In this document: positions 37,886-47,724 of the stretch, piece by piece
How positions within the stretch are numbered: the first letter of the stretch is position 1
How the letters are laid out: the number at the start of each line of letters is the position of its first letter
Program-made: the position numbers and the translations under genes
Assembly: GCA_965203175.1 (NCBI GenBank)
Contig: OZ241867.1
Span: forward strand, 1,440,001 to 1,504,000
DNA length: 64,000 nt
Direction: 5' to 3'
Source: Candidatus Latescibacterota bacterium
GTDB taxonomy: Bacteria > Latescibacterota > UBA2968 > UBA8231
The notes under the pieces: model-generated
The model's database searches: none
What the model was told of the DNA's origin: nothing
The model's input: the letters and a program-made list of their open reading frames with translations, nothing else

Positions 37886-40669
37886 TTACAGTCCGGCGTA
37901 GATGGTGATAAAGCTAGTGGTCTCGGTCCGGCCTTTGGTGAGCTTGTCGAAGACCCGAGGTTCTACCTCCCGCACCGTCTCGGTGAAGGTGCGGCCGATG
38001 CGTAGGCCAAGCTGCGTCGTCAGCTTGTAACCCAAATAGTTCGAGTTGTTGGTTAGCTGCACCGCAAAAACCGCAGAGCGCAAATCACCGGTCTCTTCGG
38101 CGATGCCTTGCTCGACCATATCCTCCTCCTGCTGTACCAGTTCGTTGAACTGGGCCAACTCCACCCCAAAGTCGACTACGCTGCTGTTGAGTAGGGGTAC
38201 TTGAGCCAGAAGCGAGGCAATCCCAGTCCATTGTTTTAAGTCTTCTTCGGCTAGCACAAAGGCGTCTTGACGGAAGTACTCACTTTTGAGCCTAGGCTGT
38301 AGGAGGAAGCGGCCTAGGTGCAGCTTGTACTCGAATTTGTTGATCAAGCCCAAGAGGGAGGACGAACCGGCCAGTGTCCGGCCGTCGATGTCGCGAGCCT
38401 CATCTTGGGCTTGGCTGTAGTGCTCGTATTTGAGTTTGTTGACGATCTCGAAATTGGCAATGGCGGTGTAGTCTACCCCCAGCCACGCGGTGTTGATCCA
38501 GGTATCGGGAAAGACCAGCATATCCGCCACCAGCGGCGGCGTGGGCGCGTCGAGGAAGGGTAGCGGTGCCCGCCGGTCATCGGGAATGGTGTCCGCGACC
38601 CGCTTGAGCATATCGAAGACCCGCACCCGCCCAAAACCGGGGTAATCCTTGTCGAGGGTGAACATGGCATACGCGGTTTGGTTGTCCCGATCGTCCGAGA
38701 GCATGCGCTCGTCGAGCCGCCCTACCAGTAAGCGCGCCTCGGGTAAGAGGTGGATGCCAAAAAAGACATTGTAACCGCGCCGGTCGGGCTTGTAGGGATA
38801 GTCGGCCAACTCGTCATCTTCAAAGCGGTCGATCCAGCCGTTGTTGTTGAGGTCAATGCCAAAGAGGAATTCGGGCCGATCAACGTGATAGCGCAAAAAC
38901 GGCTCTTCGTAGTCGGGAATGGAGTTGGGCACCGAGCGGTTGTCGTTTTGGTTGAAGTCCGAAATGAAGTCGAGGTTTTCGTCCCAGCCAGGAAACACCT
39001 CCCGGTCATTGGCCTGTGAGCCTACCCGAGCCCAGTCGGGCCGGCGGTCTTGGTCGTCGTTGTCGGCGACAAATTCGTAAACCGAGCGGATGGGATCGTC
39101 GTAGAACACGTCCCCCCCGGGCAGGGAGACAAAAGCCGAGGTCGAATAGTCGGCATCCACCGAATAGGCTTCGCCATAAGTAAAAAACGGGTAGGCCTCT
39201 TTGGCCAGATTGAAGATAGTGGCCTGACCACTCTCCGCAGAGATCTCGTGCCCTTCGTTGGCGTTGAATAGGGCGGCATTCGGGTACTGGAAATAGCGCA
39301 GGTTGTTGTTCCATTCGCCGTAGAAATCAAATCCCCACACGTTCTTGCCTTCGATAGTGAATCCGGCGATCATGTTGGCCGAAGGCAAGCCGTAGTTGAA
39401 AAGAACCCGCTGGGCGTTGGATATGTCTTTTATATTGCCGGAGGCCCGCCTTATGTTGATGAGAACCGGATCGGCTTCTTCAATGACTTGGTTGGTCAGC
39501 GGCGGCGGCGGCACCGGGCGCGTGCCCGTCTGCAGATTGGACCACATTTCGACCTTGAAATCATTGGCTAGCACATAGTCGAACTCCACTTCGACTATAG
39601 AAGTTAGATCCGGCCCCACATACGCCGGGTCCGTAAAGTCGTAATTGAGGATGATTCGCTCGGTGCCGTCGGCGGCCACAAAGCCAGTGCGCGGAAAGCC
39701 GCCGAATACGGTCGGCCACTCCGCTCCCTCGCGCACCACCTCGTCCAACGTCAAGACCGTCTCTAGACCCGTCTCGAAATCGCGACTCTTGATGCGTATA
39801 TCGTGGCTGAAAAGGGCTGCGCCGCCCTCTTCGTCCTCGGGGCTGTCGTCGCTGAGGACGATAGCTATGGCCGTAACCGGCGTACTGGTCTGGCCCGAGG
39901 TGAGGTTGCCCGCGAGGAGATTGCCTTCAAACATGTCCAAGGTGGTATTGGCGTTGTGGGCGTTGACCAAGGTCCCGCCCACCGTAATAAAGTCGCCTAC
40001 CTGAGCGAGAGCCCGGCCACCGAGCAGAGAGGTCGAATTGGACTGCCGCCTAGGATTGATGGTCACGCCCACGGCCGGATCATTGATCCGCGAGGCCAGT
40101 ACGGTGGCGGCGTATTTGTCCGAGGCGAAGTCGATCTGGACTCCGTTGAAATTCGGCTTGGAAAAAGTCATCGGCGTGAGGGTGGTGCGAATCGCGTTGC
40201 CCACGGTAATGGCGTAGGAGTACTGGCCCCTAGAGTCGCCGCTTACGGTTACCGAACTGAAGAACTGCTCGAATTGGCGGCCCTTGAAAATACCACTGCC
40301 CAGCTCTTGGGGCTGATCTTGGCGCCAGTCGTACACCAGCCAGCCGCGGTTGATATAGTTGCCGAAAAAATCGTAGAAGTAGTCGCCCTCTAAGTTGGTG
40401 TTGATATAGCGCTGGTACTGGTCGCGGGCGTAATTGGAGTACTCCCATTGGCGCCACCTGAACTCGTAGTAGAGTTCTTGGGGCACGTACCATCTCTGTA
40501 CGGCGGGATCTAGGGCTCCAAAGAGTACACCTGGGCCCCGGGGCTCAAAACTGACTTCGCCGCCGCGCTGAATCCCTAGGCGGGTGCCGTAGTTTTGGGC
40601 GTGGAGCACGGTTTGGAACGCGACCAACAGTGCCAGCCCAATCGTTAAATTCACTCCGCGGACATTCAA
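37886..40669 (-). CDS. Large secreted hypothetical protein, paralog A (possible outer-membrane beta-barrel)
   Basis: TTG start after GGAGG; signal peptide; ends TSFITIYAGL. Confidence 0.75.
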   Translation of the reverse strand: MNVRGVNLTIGLALLVAFQTVLHAQNYGTRLGIQRGGEVSFEPRGPGVLFGALDPAVQRWYVPQELYYEFRWRQWEYSNYARDQYQRYINTNLEGDYFYDFFGNYINRGWLVYDWRQDQPQELGSGIFKGRQFEQFFSSVTVSGDSRGQYSYAITVGNAIRTTLTPMTFSKPNFNGVQIDFASDKYAATVLASRINDPAVGVTINPRRQSNSTSLLGGRALAQVGDFITVGGTLVNAHNANTTLDMFEGNLLAGNLTSGQTSTPVTAIAIVLSDDSPEDEEGGAALFSHDIRIKSRDFETGLETVLTLDEVVREGAEWPTVFGGFPRTGFVAADGTERIILNYDFTDPAYVGPDLTSIVEVEFDYVLANDFKVEMWSNLQTGTRPVPPPPLTNQVIEEADPVLINIRRASGNIKDISNAQRVLFNYGLPSANMIAGFTIEGKNVWGFDFYGEWNNNLRYFQYPNAALFNANEGHEISAESGQATIFNLAKEAYPFFTYGEAYSVDADYSTSAFVSLPGGDVFYDDPIRSVYEFVADNDDQDRRPDWARVGSQANDREVFPGWDENLDFISDFNQNDNRSVPNSIPDYEEPFLRYHVDRPEFLFGIDLNNNGWIDRFEDDELADYPYKPDRRGYNVFFGIHLLPEARLLVGRLDERMLSDDRDNQTAYAMFTLDKDYPGFGRVRVFDMLKRVADTIPDDRRAPLPFLDAPTPPLVADMLVFPDTWINTAWLGVDYTAIANFEIVNKLKYEHYSQAQDEARDIDGRTLAGSSSLLGLINKFEYKLHLGRFLLQPRLKSEYFRQDAFVLAEEDLKQWTGIASLLAQVPLLNSSVVDFGVELAQFNELVQQEEDMVEQGIAEETGDLRSAVFAVQLTNNSNYLGYKLTTQLGLRIGRTFTETVREVEPRVFDKLTKGRTETTSFITIYAGL

Positions 40670-40729
40670 TGCCCATCCTCCCAATTCTGCATGGTAAAAT
40701 TCATCGCGAGGAAATCTCCTCGCCTAGCA

Positions 40730-43000
40730 TCAATACGCTACCCCGACAACCCCCACCCGTTTCTCCTCTCCGGTCCCCGCATCCAAAGCAACGGAAAAGA
40801 TATAATGGCCTGGAGGGACCGCATTGTCTTCATCGTCGCGCCCGTCCCAAAAACGGGGGAATCGACCGCTCACATCCAAGCCTTCGTAGAGGTTGCGGAT
40901 TAGCCGGCCACTCAAATCGTAGATCCCAAGCCGCACCCGAGTCGGATGGGCGATGTTGGTGATATCGTAGGTAATGGCCGCCCGCTCGTTGACCCCGTCG
41001 CCATTCGGGGTAAAAACGCTGGGGACGGCTGCCACATTCACTAGCAGCTCGTCGGTGATCGGCACGTTGACAAAGAGGTTTTCTGGATCGAGAGTACCCA
41101 CGGCTCTGCGGTCGGGATCATCCATGCCCTCCCGACTCAAATCTGCGGCATTACCGGCCAACACCACTTGACCCAACACCTCGTTGTCGGCGTTGAGCGC
41201 CCGGCTGGCAAAGCGAGTTCCTAGGCGTAGGACCGTATTCTCAAATTCCAAGGTCAAGAGCACCCCATCCTCCTCAATCCGCGGGAAGGCCATGACCAAG
41301 GCGTCGTCGCGCACAGCCACTACGCTAAAGCCATTCTGCTCGACTGGAAGATCCGCGAGGGACAAGCCGGAAAAATCCGCCGTTGCTGCCGTGCCGTCGG
41401 GCTGGCGTATTTCCACTTGGCCAATCGATTCGGTGCGCAGCGGTGTGCTGATTTCAAAGCGGTCAAAGCCCGCATTCTGGGGCTTGGATTTGACCAAGAC
41501 TCCATACGTGAAGCGGGTAGCTTGGCCTAAAATAGCGGTGCGAGGCAAAATCTCGCCGATGAGAGAGTCGGCGAAAACGGGCTGGAAAACATCCCAAGCC
41601 ACCCCGCCGATGCCAGTAGCTGCATCGACATCGGCGTTGAAGAATTCGATCATAACTTGAAAATAGCGCCGCGGACTAGGCGAAACGATCAGCGTCCCCG
41701 CCCCTTGCACCTGCAGTTGGTCTGGGGCCACAATCCCCTCGGGCGAATAGGGGGGAGACCAAGGGCTCCAATTGGTGAGGTCTTCGCGAATTACCGATTT
41801 TTGGCCGCTCGCTAGCTTGTTGTAGCTCGCTTGGTCAAGGGTGATCTGGGCCCGCTGTGCAAAAGGCAACTGGCCAAAACTCAAAAGCGCCTCGCGCCCG
41901 TCTATCTCTTCGTTGTCGAGGACGTTGGCGACCAGATTTTTGAGTTCGCTGTCTTCTACATCTTCGGCCTCCTTCCAAGGCACGTCGATCGGGATGTCGA
42001 AAACGGTATCGCCTCGCTGTTCAACGCGGCCAGAGGATTGGCTGCCGATTCGGGTGAACTCGACCGGCTGGGGATCAACCCCAGAGCGGGTGCGGACCTG
42101 CACCCTAGAGCGAGTTGGATCGCCCACCTGCTCTTCAACCCAGCGCAAGCGGCCCAAAAGCGCTTGGTCGCCAAAGTCGAATACGTTGGAAATGTACACG
42201 GCCTGTGGCACAAAGCCCTCGCTGAACACTTGAAACTCGGCGATCTCAAAGTCCGCGGCCGTCAGAGACTTGAGCCGCAAAAAGCGCACGAAGCGGGTGG
42301 GGATTCGCACGTCCACCACCGCTTCTTGGTTCTGCCCCTCAAAGGCGACAGTTTCCCAGATCAGACTGCCCTCGCGGCGCGATTCGGGCTGGCCGTCATT
42401 GACGAAAATTTCGTAGCCCTTCAAAAAGTCGTCTTGGGACTGGAAATCAGGTGCCGGAAAGGCCGGATCGGCGTTGCGCGGAAAAAATTTGAACCGATTG
42501 ACGCCAAAGATGGCCCCCAAATCGAATTCGATGAGTAGGCCAAAGGCCCCGGTGCCCCCCGTGCCCGAGGATTTCAGCACTAGAGCGGTGTTTCCGTCGT
42601 CGTCGAACATCTGGGGAAAATCGGCTTCGAGAAAGCGGAAGGAGGGAATGGGCGTGAAGACGCTGCCACCGCGCTTCTTAGAGTTGACGCCGATCAATAT
42701 GTTGTCCGTCGTATCGGCCTGCTGCGGAAAGATCCAACGTTCGCGCTCAAAGGGCGCAAAGTCGATGACGCCGCCGGGCGCATTGGACTGATCGACAGTC
42801 GCCGGATCGAGGATTACTAGGGCCGGAATCTCCCCACCACCACTCTCCCAAGACAACCCACCCTCGCCCCCCAGTTGGACAACCTCTATTTGGGCACCAA
42901 CCGGCGACTGGGCGAGGGCTAAAAACAGAATAAGCACCCTAAGCGCGATCCGCCGCCTGTAGTCCTTTCGACCTGCCATGAATTGTAGCATGGTTGGCAT
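40730..43000 (-). CDS. Secreted protein with discoidin-like domain and FlgD-Ig/CHU_C-like tail
   Basis: FDLGAIFGVNRFKFFPR, EIAEFQVF, SPSPRRY and FTPNGDGVNE...WDGRD..PPGHY motifs. Start uncertain (42979-43066). Confidence 0.8.
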   Translation of the reverse strand: MPTMLQFMAGRKDYRRRIALRVLILFLALAQSPVGAQIEVVQLGGEGGLSWESGGGEIPALVILDPATVDQSNAPGGVIDFAPFERERWIFPQQADTTDNILIGVNSKKRGGSVFTPIPSFRFLEADFPQMFDDDGNTALVLKSSGTGGTGAFGLLIEFDLGAIFGVNRFKFFPRNADPAFPAPDFQSQDDFLKGYEIFVNDGQPESRREGSLIWETVAFEGQNQEAVVDVRIPTRFVRFLRLKSLTAADFEIAEFQVFSEGFVPQAVYISNVFDFGDQALLGRLRWVEEQVGDPTRSRVQVRTRSGVDPQPVEFTRIGSQSSGRVEQRGDTVFDIPIDVPWKEAEDVEDSELKNLVANVLDNEEIDGREALLSFGQLPFAQRAQITLDQASYNKLASGQKSVIREDLTNWSPWSPPYSPEGIVAPDQLQVQGAGTLIVSPSPRRYFQVMIEFFNADVDAATGIGGVAWDVFQPVFADSLIGEILPRTAILGQATRFTYGVLVKSKPQNAGFDRFEISTPLRTESIGQVEIRQPDGTAATADFSGLSLADLPVEQNGFSVVAVRDDALVMAFPRIEEDGVLLTLEFENTVLRLGTRFASRALNADNEVLGQVVLAGNAADLSREGMDDPDRRAVGTLDPENLFVNVPITDELLVNVAAVPSVFTPNGDGVNERAAITYDITNIAHPTRVRLGIYDLSGRLIRNLYEGLDVSGRFPRFWDGRDDEDNAVPPGHYIFSVALDAGTGEEKRVGVVGVAY

Positions 43001-43090
43001 ATCTGTCTGATTCGACTGCTCTGGGCTAAGGCAAATAACTGTATGAAATACGAGAGGATACAGCAACCAAAATCCGGCAACGCATAGCAG

Positions 43091-44437
43091 CTACGGTTGG
43101 TTCGCTTCAATCCGGATCTCGCCCGTAAACCCACCGGCGATCAAACGCTCCACTAGGGCCTTAGCTTCGGTGCTCGGCAGGTTTCTATTGGCCCGAATCG
43201 CCAGCCGACCACCTACTCTTTCGAGCGTTGCCAAGCCCGCTACACTCTGCAATTTCTCGTTAAATTGGATGAATAAATGGCCTTCAATAGTCCTGAGTTC
43301 GCGCAGCCCAATCAGATTCGTCAGGGCACTGTTGCCGAAGATGGATAGCACCCCCCTTATTCGGCTTAGGCGGTGTAGCCCTTCCAAACTGAGCAGTGCG
43401 CCATTATCGACGACCAGCAAATCCCCGCCGACGTAGTCTAGGCGGCGCAGACCTGCCAAATTTTGCAGCGCACTATTGTCGATGATCAAGAGGAGCCCCT
43501 CAATGCGGGCCAAGCGGGCCAAGCCCTCGAGATCGGGCAGGACGCTATTGGCCTGAATCAGCAAATCCCCGCCGATGCGCTGGCACCCGGCCAAGCCCGC
43601 CAACGATACCAGCGCATCGTTTTGCTCGACTCTCAGACTGCCCCCGATCTGACTCAGGTTGCCCAAGCCCGCCAAGCGCTCCAGACGGGCGTTGCCGATG
43701 ACCAATACATTCCCAGCGACGCGCTCGAGTTGTTCTAGGCCTGCCAGCTCGACCAAGGCTCTATTTCTCTTGATCCGCAAAAAGTCGCCCACATCCTCCA
43801 GCCGCCGCAGTCCTCCCAACGCTTGCAACGCCCGATTGCGCTCTATGGCCAGCCCGCCCTTTAGGCGCTTGATTCCCTCCAACCCCACCAGACTTTCTAG
43901 CGATCCATTGCCGACGACGAGAACCTGCCCTTCTATCGCCTCCAATCGCTCCAGCCCATCAATGTGGGCGAGACGGCGATTGAATTGAATCCTGAGCGAC
44001 TCGCCCACGCGACTAATCCGACGCAATCCCTTCAGGCCGACCAAGGCATCGTTGCGCTCGACTATTAAGCTACCCCCCAATTCCTCCAGAGACCACAATC
44101 CCTCCAAATCCACGAGTTTGGGATTGCGCCGGATTCGCAGACTGCCCCCAATCCGCTTTAGGTGGTGCAGGCCCTCCAAACTTTGCAACGAATCACAATG
44201 TTCAATGCTCAGATCGCCTCCTATATATTCGAGCTGCTCCAACCCACGCAGCGTTTTCAGTTGGTCGCTCTGCACGAGCAAATGCCCTTCGACAGACCGG
44301 CCCGTCAAAGCGCGTAGGTCGGCTGCCGAATCGATGACAAACCCTTCTGCTGGTTTGTTCGACTCAGCCGCTTGTACCGGGCCAACACTCCAACATAACA
44401 TCCCCATTAGCAGTGCAACCAAGGCTCTATGATCCAT
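43091..44437 (-). CDS. Receptor-L-domain/LRR-like solenoid protein
   Basis: 15 consecutive 24-aa repeats; signal peptide. Confidence 0.85.
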   Translation of the reverse strand: MDHRALVALLMGMLCWSVGPVQAAESNKPAEGFVIDSAADLRALTGRSVEGHLLVQSDQLKTLRGLEQLEYIGGDLSIEHCDSLQSLEGLHHLKRIGGSLRIRRNPKLVDLEGLWSLEELGGSLIVERNDALVGLKGLRRISRVGESLRIQFNRRLAHIDGLERLEAIEGQVLVVGNGSLESLVGLEGIKRLKGGLAIERNRALQALGGLRRLEDVGDFLRIKRNRALVELAGLEQLERVAGNVLVIGNARLERLAGLGNLSQIGGSLRVEQNDALVSLAGLAGCQRIGGDLLIQANSVLPDLEGLARLARIEGLLLIIDNSALQNLAGLRRLDYVGGDLLVVDNGALLSLEGLHRLSRIRGVLSIFGNSALTNLIGLRELRTIEGHLFIQFNEKLQSVAGLATLERVGGRLAIRANRNLPSTEAKALVERLIAGGFTGEIRIEANQP

Positions 44438-44486
44438 TGTGGATTCTCGGGCTAAAATTCCCTTGGTCAACGCGAAGGACCCAAAG

Positions 44487-46106
44487 TCAGCGAGTAGGTT
44501 GGACTACCCGTATAATCTGATTGGCGTCAACAGCGGCCAACGTCTGCACTTGGCCGTCGGGCCAGCGAATCGCGATATCCGCCTTCGTCGCCCGGCCGAG
44601 GCCAAAGTGAAGGCGGGGATCGTGACTGGATAGATAGCTCCCCCCGGACTGGCGCTCCCGAACCTGACGCACACCACCAGCGGTAACAGTGACGTGGGTA
44701 CCCAGTGCATCCCGCTGACTAGTACCGACCAAGAGGAGTTCGATCCAGTGCTGGCGATTGCCCCCGTCGTTGCGCAATAGACGAGGCCGCCCGGCCACGG
44801 TGGTCGCCAGCAAATCCAGATCGCCGTCGTTGTCCCAATCGGCTGACGCCGCGCCGCGAACCACGCTCTCAACGACAAAGTCGGCACCCAATTGGTCGGA
44901 GACTTCTTCAAAGTGGGCACCACCTTGGTTGCGCAGCATAAGGTCGGGCTGGGCGTAGAAAAGGTCGCCGTCGAGTTGCTCAATATTATCCACCACGTGC
45001 CCATTGCCGACATACAAATCGAGGTCGCCGTCGTTGTCGTAGTCCATAAATTTGGTCCCGAACCCCAAGGGCAGATAGCTGGGTGCCCCCAAGCCGAAGT
45101 GGGCGGTAAAATCGGCAAAGCGTCCCCGGCCATCGTTCCAGTAGAGGGTGTTGGTCTCGCGCGAGTAATTGGTCACGAAAAGATCGGCGTACCCGTCGTT
45201 GTCGAAATCGCCGAAATCTACTCCCATACCGGCTTCGGCGTGCCCATCTTCGTTGTATTGCACTCCAGCTCTCAGGCCGATCTCGACAAAGCGCGTTCCT
45301 TGGTTTTCATAGAGAAAATTCGGCGTGCCGTCGTTGGCCACGTAAATATCCGTATCGCCGTCCAAATCGCTGTCTGCAAAGGCCACGCCCAGTCCCCGGC
45401 CCACCGCGCGGATACCCAGCCTCTTGGTCACATCGACAAAGCGTCTCCCCTCGTTGCGATAAAGCACATCCCCAATGGGTGCGTAGGTACTCGGCTCGCA
45501 GTAAAAGCGAAGCGCCCCCCGCTGGCATTGGATATTGCCCTGCAAGCTGAAATGCACATAATTGGCCACAAAAAGGTCCAAATCCCCATCGTTGTCGAAA
45601 TCCAAAAATCCGGTGCTGGTGCCCCAGCGCCCGTCGCCCACACCAGCTCTTTGGGTGACGTCCGCAAAGCGCCCCTCACCGTCATTGCTCAACAGCACAT
45701 TGGGACCGAAGTTGGTCGCGTAGAGATCTTGATCCCCATCGTTGTCGAAATCGCCCGCCGCACATCCCATGCCGTAGCCCCGGTCGCCAGCTCCAGACGC
45801 AACAGTGAGATCGGCGAAAGTCCCATCGCCAGCGTTGCGATAGAGATGGTTAATGGGCGGGATCGGGGGAAGGGTCCCCGAGAGATGGGCACCATTGATC
45901 AGGTAGAGGTCCTGCCAGCCGTCCCCATCGGCATCAAAAAACGCCGCGCCTGCGCCAAAGGTCTCAACATAGTAGTATTCGCCTTGAGCGCCGTTGTAGT
46001 GCTGGAAGTCAATCCCGGCTTCTTGGGAGACTTCCCGGTAGCGCACCTGGGCCTCTGCCGCAGCGACAAAAGCGCACAAGATGGACAATACTGCGTATCT
46101 TCTCAT
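44487..46106 (-). CDS. FG-GAP/ASPIC-UnbV (CRTAC1-like) protein
   Basis: DFDNDGD repeats; QSGGSYLSSHDPRLHFGLG; closely resembles the C-terminal part of 16435..19005. Confidence 0.9.
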   Translation of the reverse strand: MRRYAVLSILCAFVAAAEAQVRYREVSQEAGIDFQHYNGAQGEYYYVETFGAGAAFFDADGDGWQDLYLINGAHLSGTLPPIPPINHLYRNAGDGTFADLTVASGAGDRGYGMGCAAGDFDNDGDQDLYATNFGPNVLLSNDGEGRFADVTQRAGVGDGRWGTSTGFLDFDNDGDLDLFVANYVHFSLQGNIQCQRGALRFYCEPSTYAPIGDVLYRNEGRRFVDVTKRLGIRAVGRGLGVAFADSDLDGDTDIYVANDGTPNFLYENQGTRFVEIGLRAGVQYNEDGHAEAGMGVDFGDFDNDGYADLFVTNYSRETNTLYWNDGRGRFADFTAHFGLGAPSYLPLGFGTKFMDYDNDGDLDLYVGNGHVVDNIEQLDGDLFYAQPDLMLRNQGGAHFEEVSDQLGADFVVESVVRGAASADWDNDGDLDLLATTVAGRPRLLRNDGGNRQHWIELLLVGTSQRDALGTHVTVTAGGVRQVRERQSGGSYLSSHDPRLHFGLGRATKADIAIRWPDGQVQTLAAVDANQIIRVVQPTR

Positions 46107-46197
46107 ATACTAACTGCTTGGCTACTTTGACCGGCAATCTAACCGCATCGACGAACCGGGACCCCTCGTGCAAATACACCTAAAAAACGGGCGCTCA

Positions 46198-47724
46198 ATG
46201 GCCCGCGTTCACCTACCCTGCAAAAAGGTCTTGGCTTGGCTTGGAGCCGCCTTTTGTCTCCTCATCTGCGCCTGTGGACCCAAGGAACGCGATCCTTTGG
46301 TCCGTGCCGGGATGTACGCCTTTGCTCAGGAGCGCTACAGCGAAGCTATCGTCGCCTTTCACAAGGCATTGGCCTCACGCGCCGACGATTGCGAAGTCCA
46401 CCACTATCTCGCTCGCTCTTACCTAGCACTGGGCAAATTTCCCCAAGCCCTGCGCGCGATCGAACACGCGATTGAACTAGCCCCCCAAAAGGACCAGACG
46501 CGCTCCGAGTTATACGAAGTCCTCGGCATCATCCACACGGCTCGCTACACCTCCAGAGCGTATAGCCAAAACCAGCACCGTGATGTCGAAGCAGCGCGAG
46601 CCGCCTTTGAGCAAGCGACCGCGCTCGATCCCCGCCGAGCAACAGCGTACTACAACTTGGGCTTACTGTACGGCTATCGCAAAGAAGTAGATCAGGCTCA
46701 AGCAGCGTACACGGCGGCCTTGGAGGCAGATTCAACCTTGGCACCGGCCTACAAGAAATTGGGCAAAATCCAGCGGGAAAAGGGGTTCCCACCCGAGGCA
46801 GCTACGGCCTTCAAAAAAGCGGTACGCTTCGACCCGCAGGACGCCGAAGCGCACTTTCTCTTGGGATTGGCCCAGCGCGATATGGGCGATAATGAGGCGG
46901 CTTTGCAGGCGCTACTCAAGGCCACCGAACTCAACCCCGACTCGCCCAAGCTCCGCCTCAACCTTGGCAATGTCTATCTCCGGTTGGGCCGCCGCGAAGA
47001 GGGCAAGCGGGAAATGGCCCGTTCCGAAAGCCTGCGCCAACAGCATCGGGGCTTGCACTCCGAAATCTCCCCGCCGGCGCACAGATCGCTCTCCATCGGC
47101 TCGGCGCGGGATCACTACAATATGGGCTTGAAGCACCAAATGGTCGGCGAAACTGACCAAGCTTTATTAGAGTTTCGTCGCGCGGTCGAAATCAAACCCG
47201 ATCACAAAGACGCCCACATCGGCCTCGGCCTCCTCCTCGCCGAGCAAGGCCGGCAAAGACAGGCAGCCCGGTATTTCCAGCGGGCCATCGAGCTGGATCC
47301 AGAAAATCCCGTTCTGTACGTACATCTAGGCAATGCTCACTATCAGTCGGAATCACTCGCAAGGGCGGCCCAAACCTTCGCCAAGGCGGCCCAACTCGAC
47401 ACTTCCCTCGTCGAGCCTCACTACATGCTTGGTTTGATCGCCGCCCAAGAACGCCGGTTCAAAGTAGCCACGCGACTTTTTGCCCAAGTCACGGCCCTCG
47501 CCCCCCAGTACGCCAAAGCCCACTTCAACCTAGGAGTAGCCCATGCCCAACTCGGAGACTTTGCCGCGGCCCGGACCGCCTACCAACGCTTTGTCGAATT
47601 GGAGCCCGAAGATGGGCGCGGACACCTCTACTTGGGCGATGCCTGCGAAGCGCTCGGCCTGCTCGAAGAGAGTCGCAAGCATCGAGCGCGTGGTCAGCAG
47701 CTTTTGGAACGAGACGAAAACTAA
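46198..47724 (+). CDS. TPR lipoprotein
   Basis: ICAC lipobox-like motif; multiple TPRs. Confidence 0.88.
   Translation: MARVHLPCKKVLAWLGAAFCLLICACGPKERDPLVRAGMYAFAQERYSEAIVAFHKALASRADDCEVHHYLARSYLALGKFPQALRAIEHAIELAPQKDQTRSELYEVLGIIHTARYTSRAYSQNQHRDVEAARAAFEQATALDPRRATAYYNLGLLYGYRKEVDQAQAAYTAALEADSTLAPAYKKLGKIQREKGFPPEAATAFKKAVRFDPQDAEAHFLLGLAQRDMGDNEAALQALLKATELNPDSPKLRLNLGNVYLRLGRREEGKREMARSESLRQQHRGLHSEISPPAHRSLSIGSARDHYNMGLKHQMVGETDQALLEFRRAVEIKPDHKDAHIGLGLLLAEQGRQRQAARYFQRAIELDPENPVLYVHLGNAHYQSESLARAAQTFAKAAQLDTSLVEPHYMLGLIAAQERRFKVATRLFAQVTALAPQYAKAHFNLGVAHAQLGDFAAARTAYQRFVELEPEDGRGHLYLGDACEALGLLEESRKHRARGQQLLERDEN

Noticed and set aside
9448-46106. Enediyne or other biosynthetic cluster suggested by UnbV domains
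   Set aside because: No PKS, thioesterase, NRPS or RiPP precursor is present.
44892-46130. Long antisense ORFs (also 7804..8757, 8472..9413 and 61891..62643)
   Set aside because: Shadow or alternative frames of GC-rich genes with no recognisable motifs.
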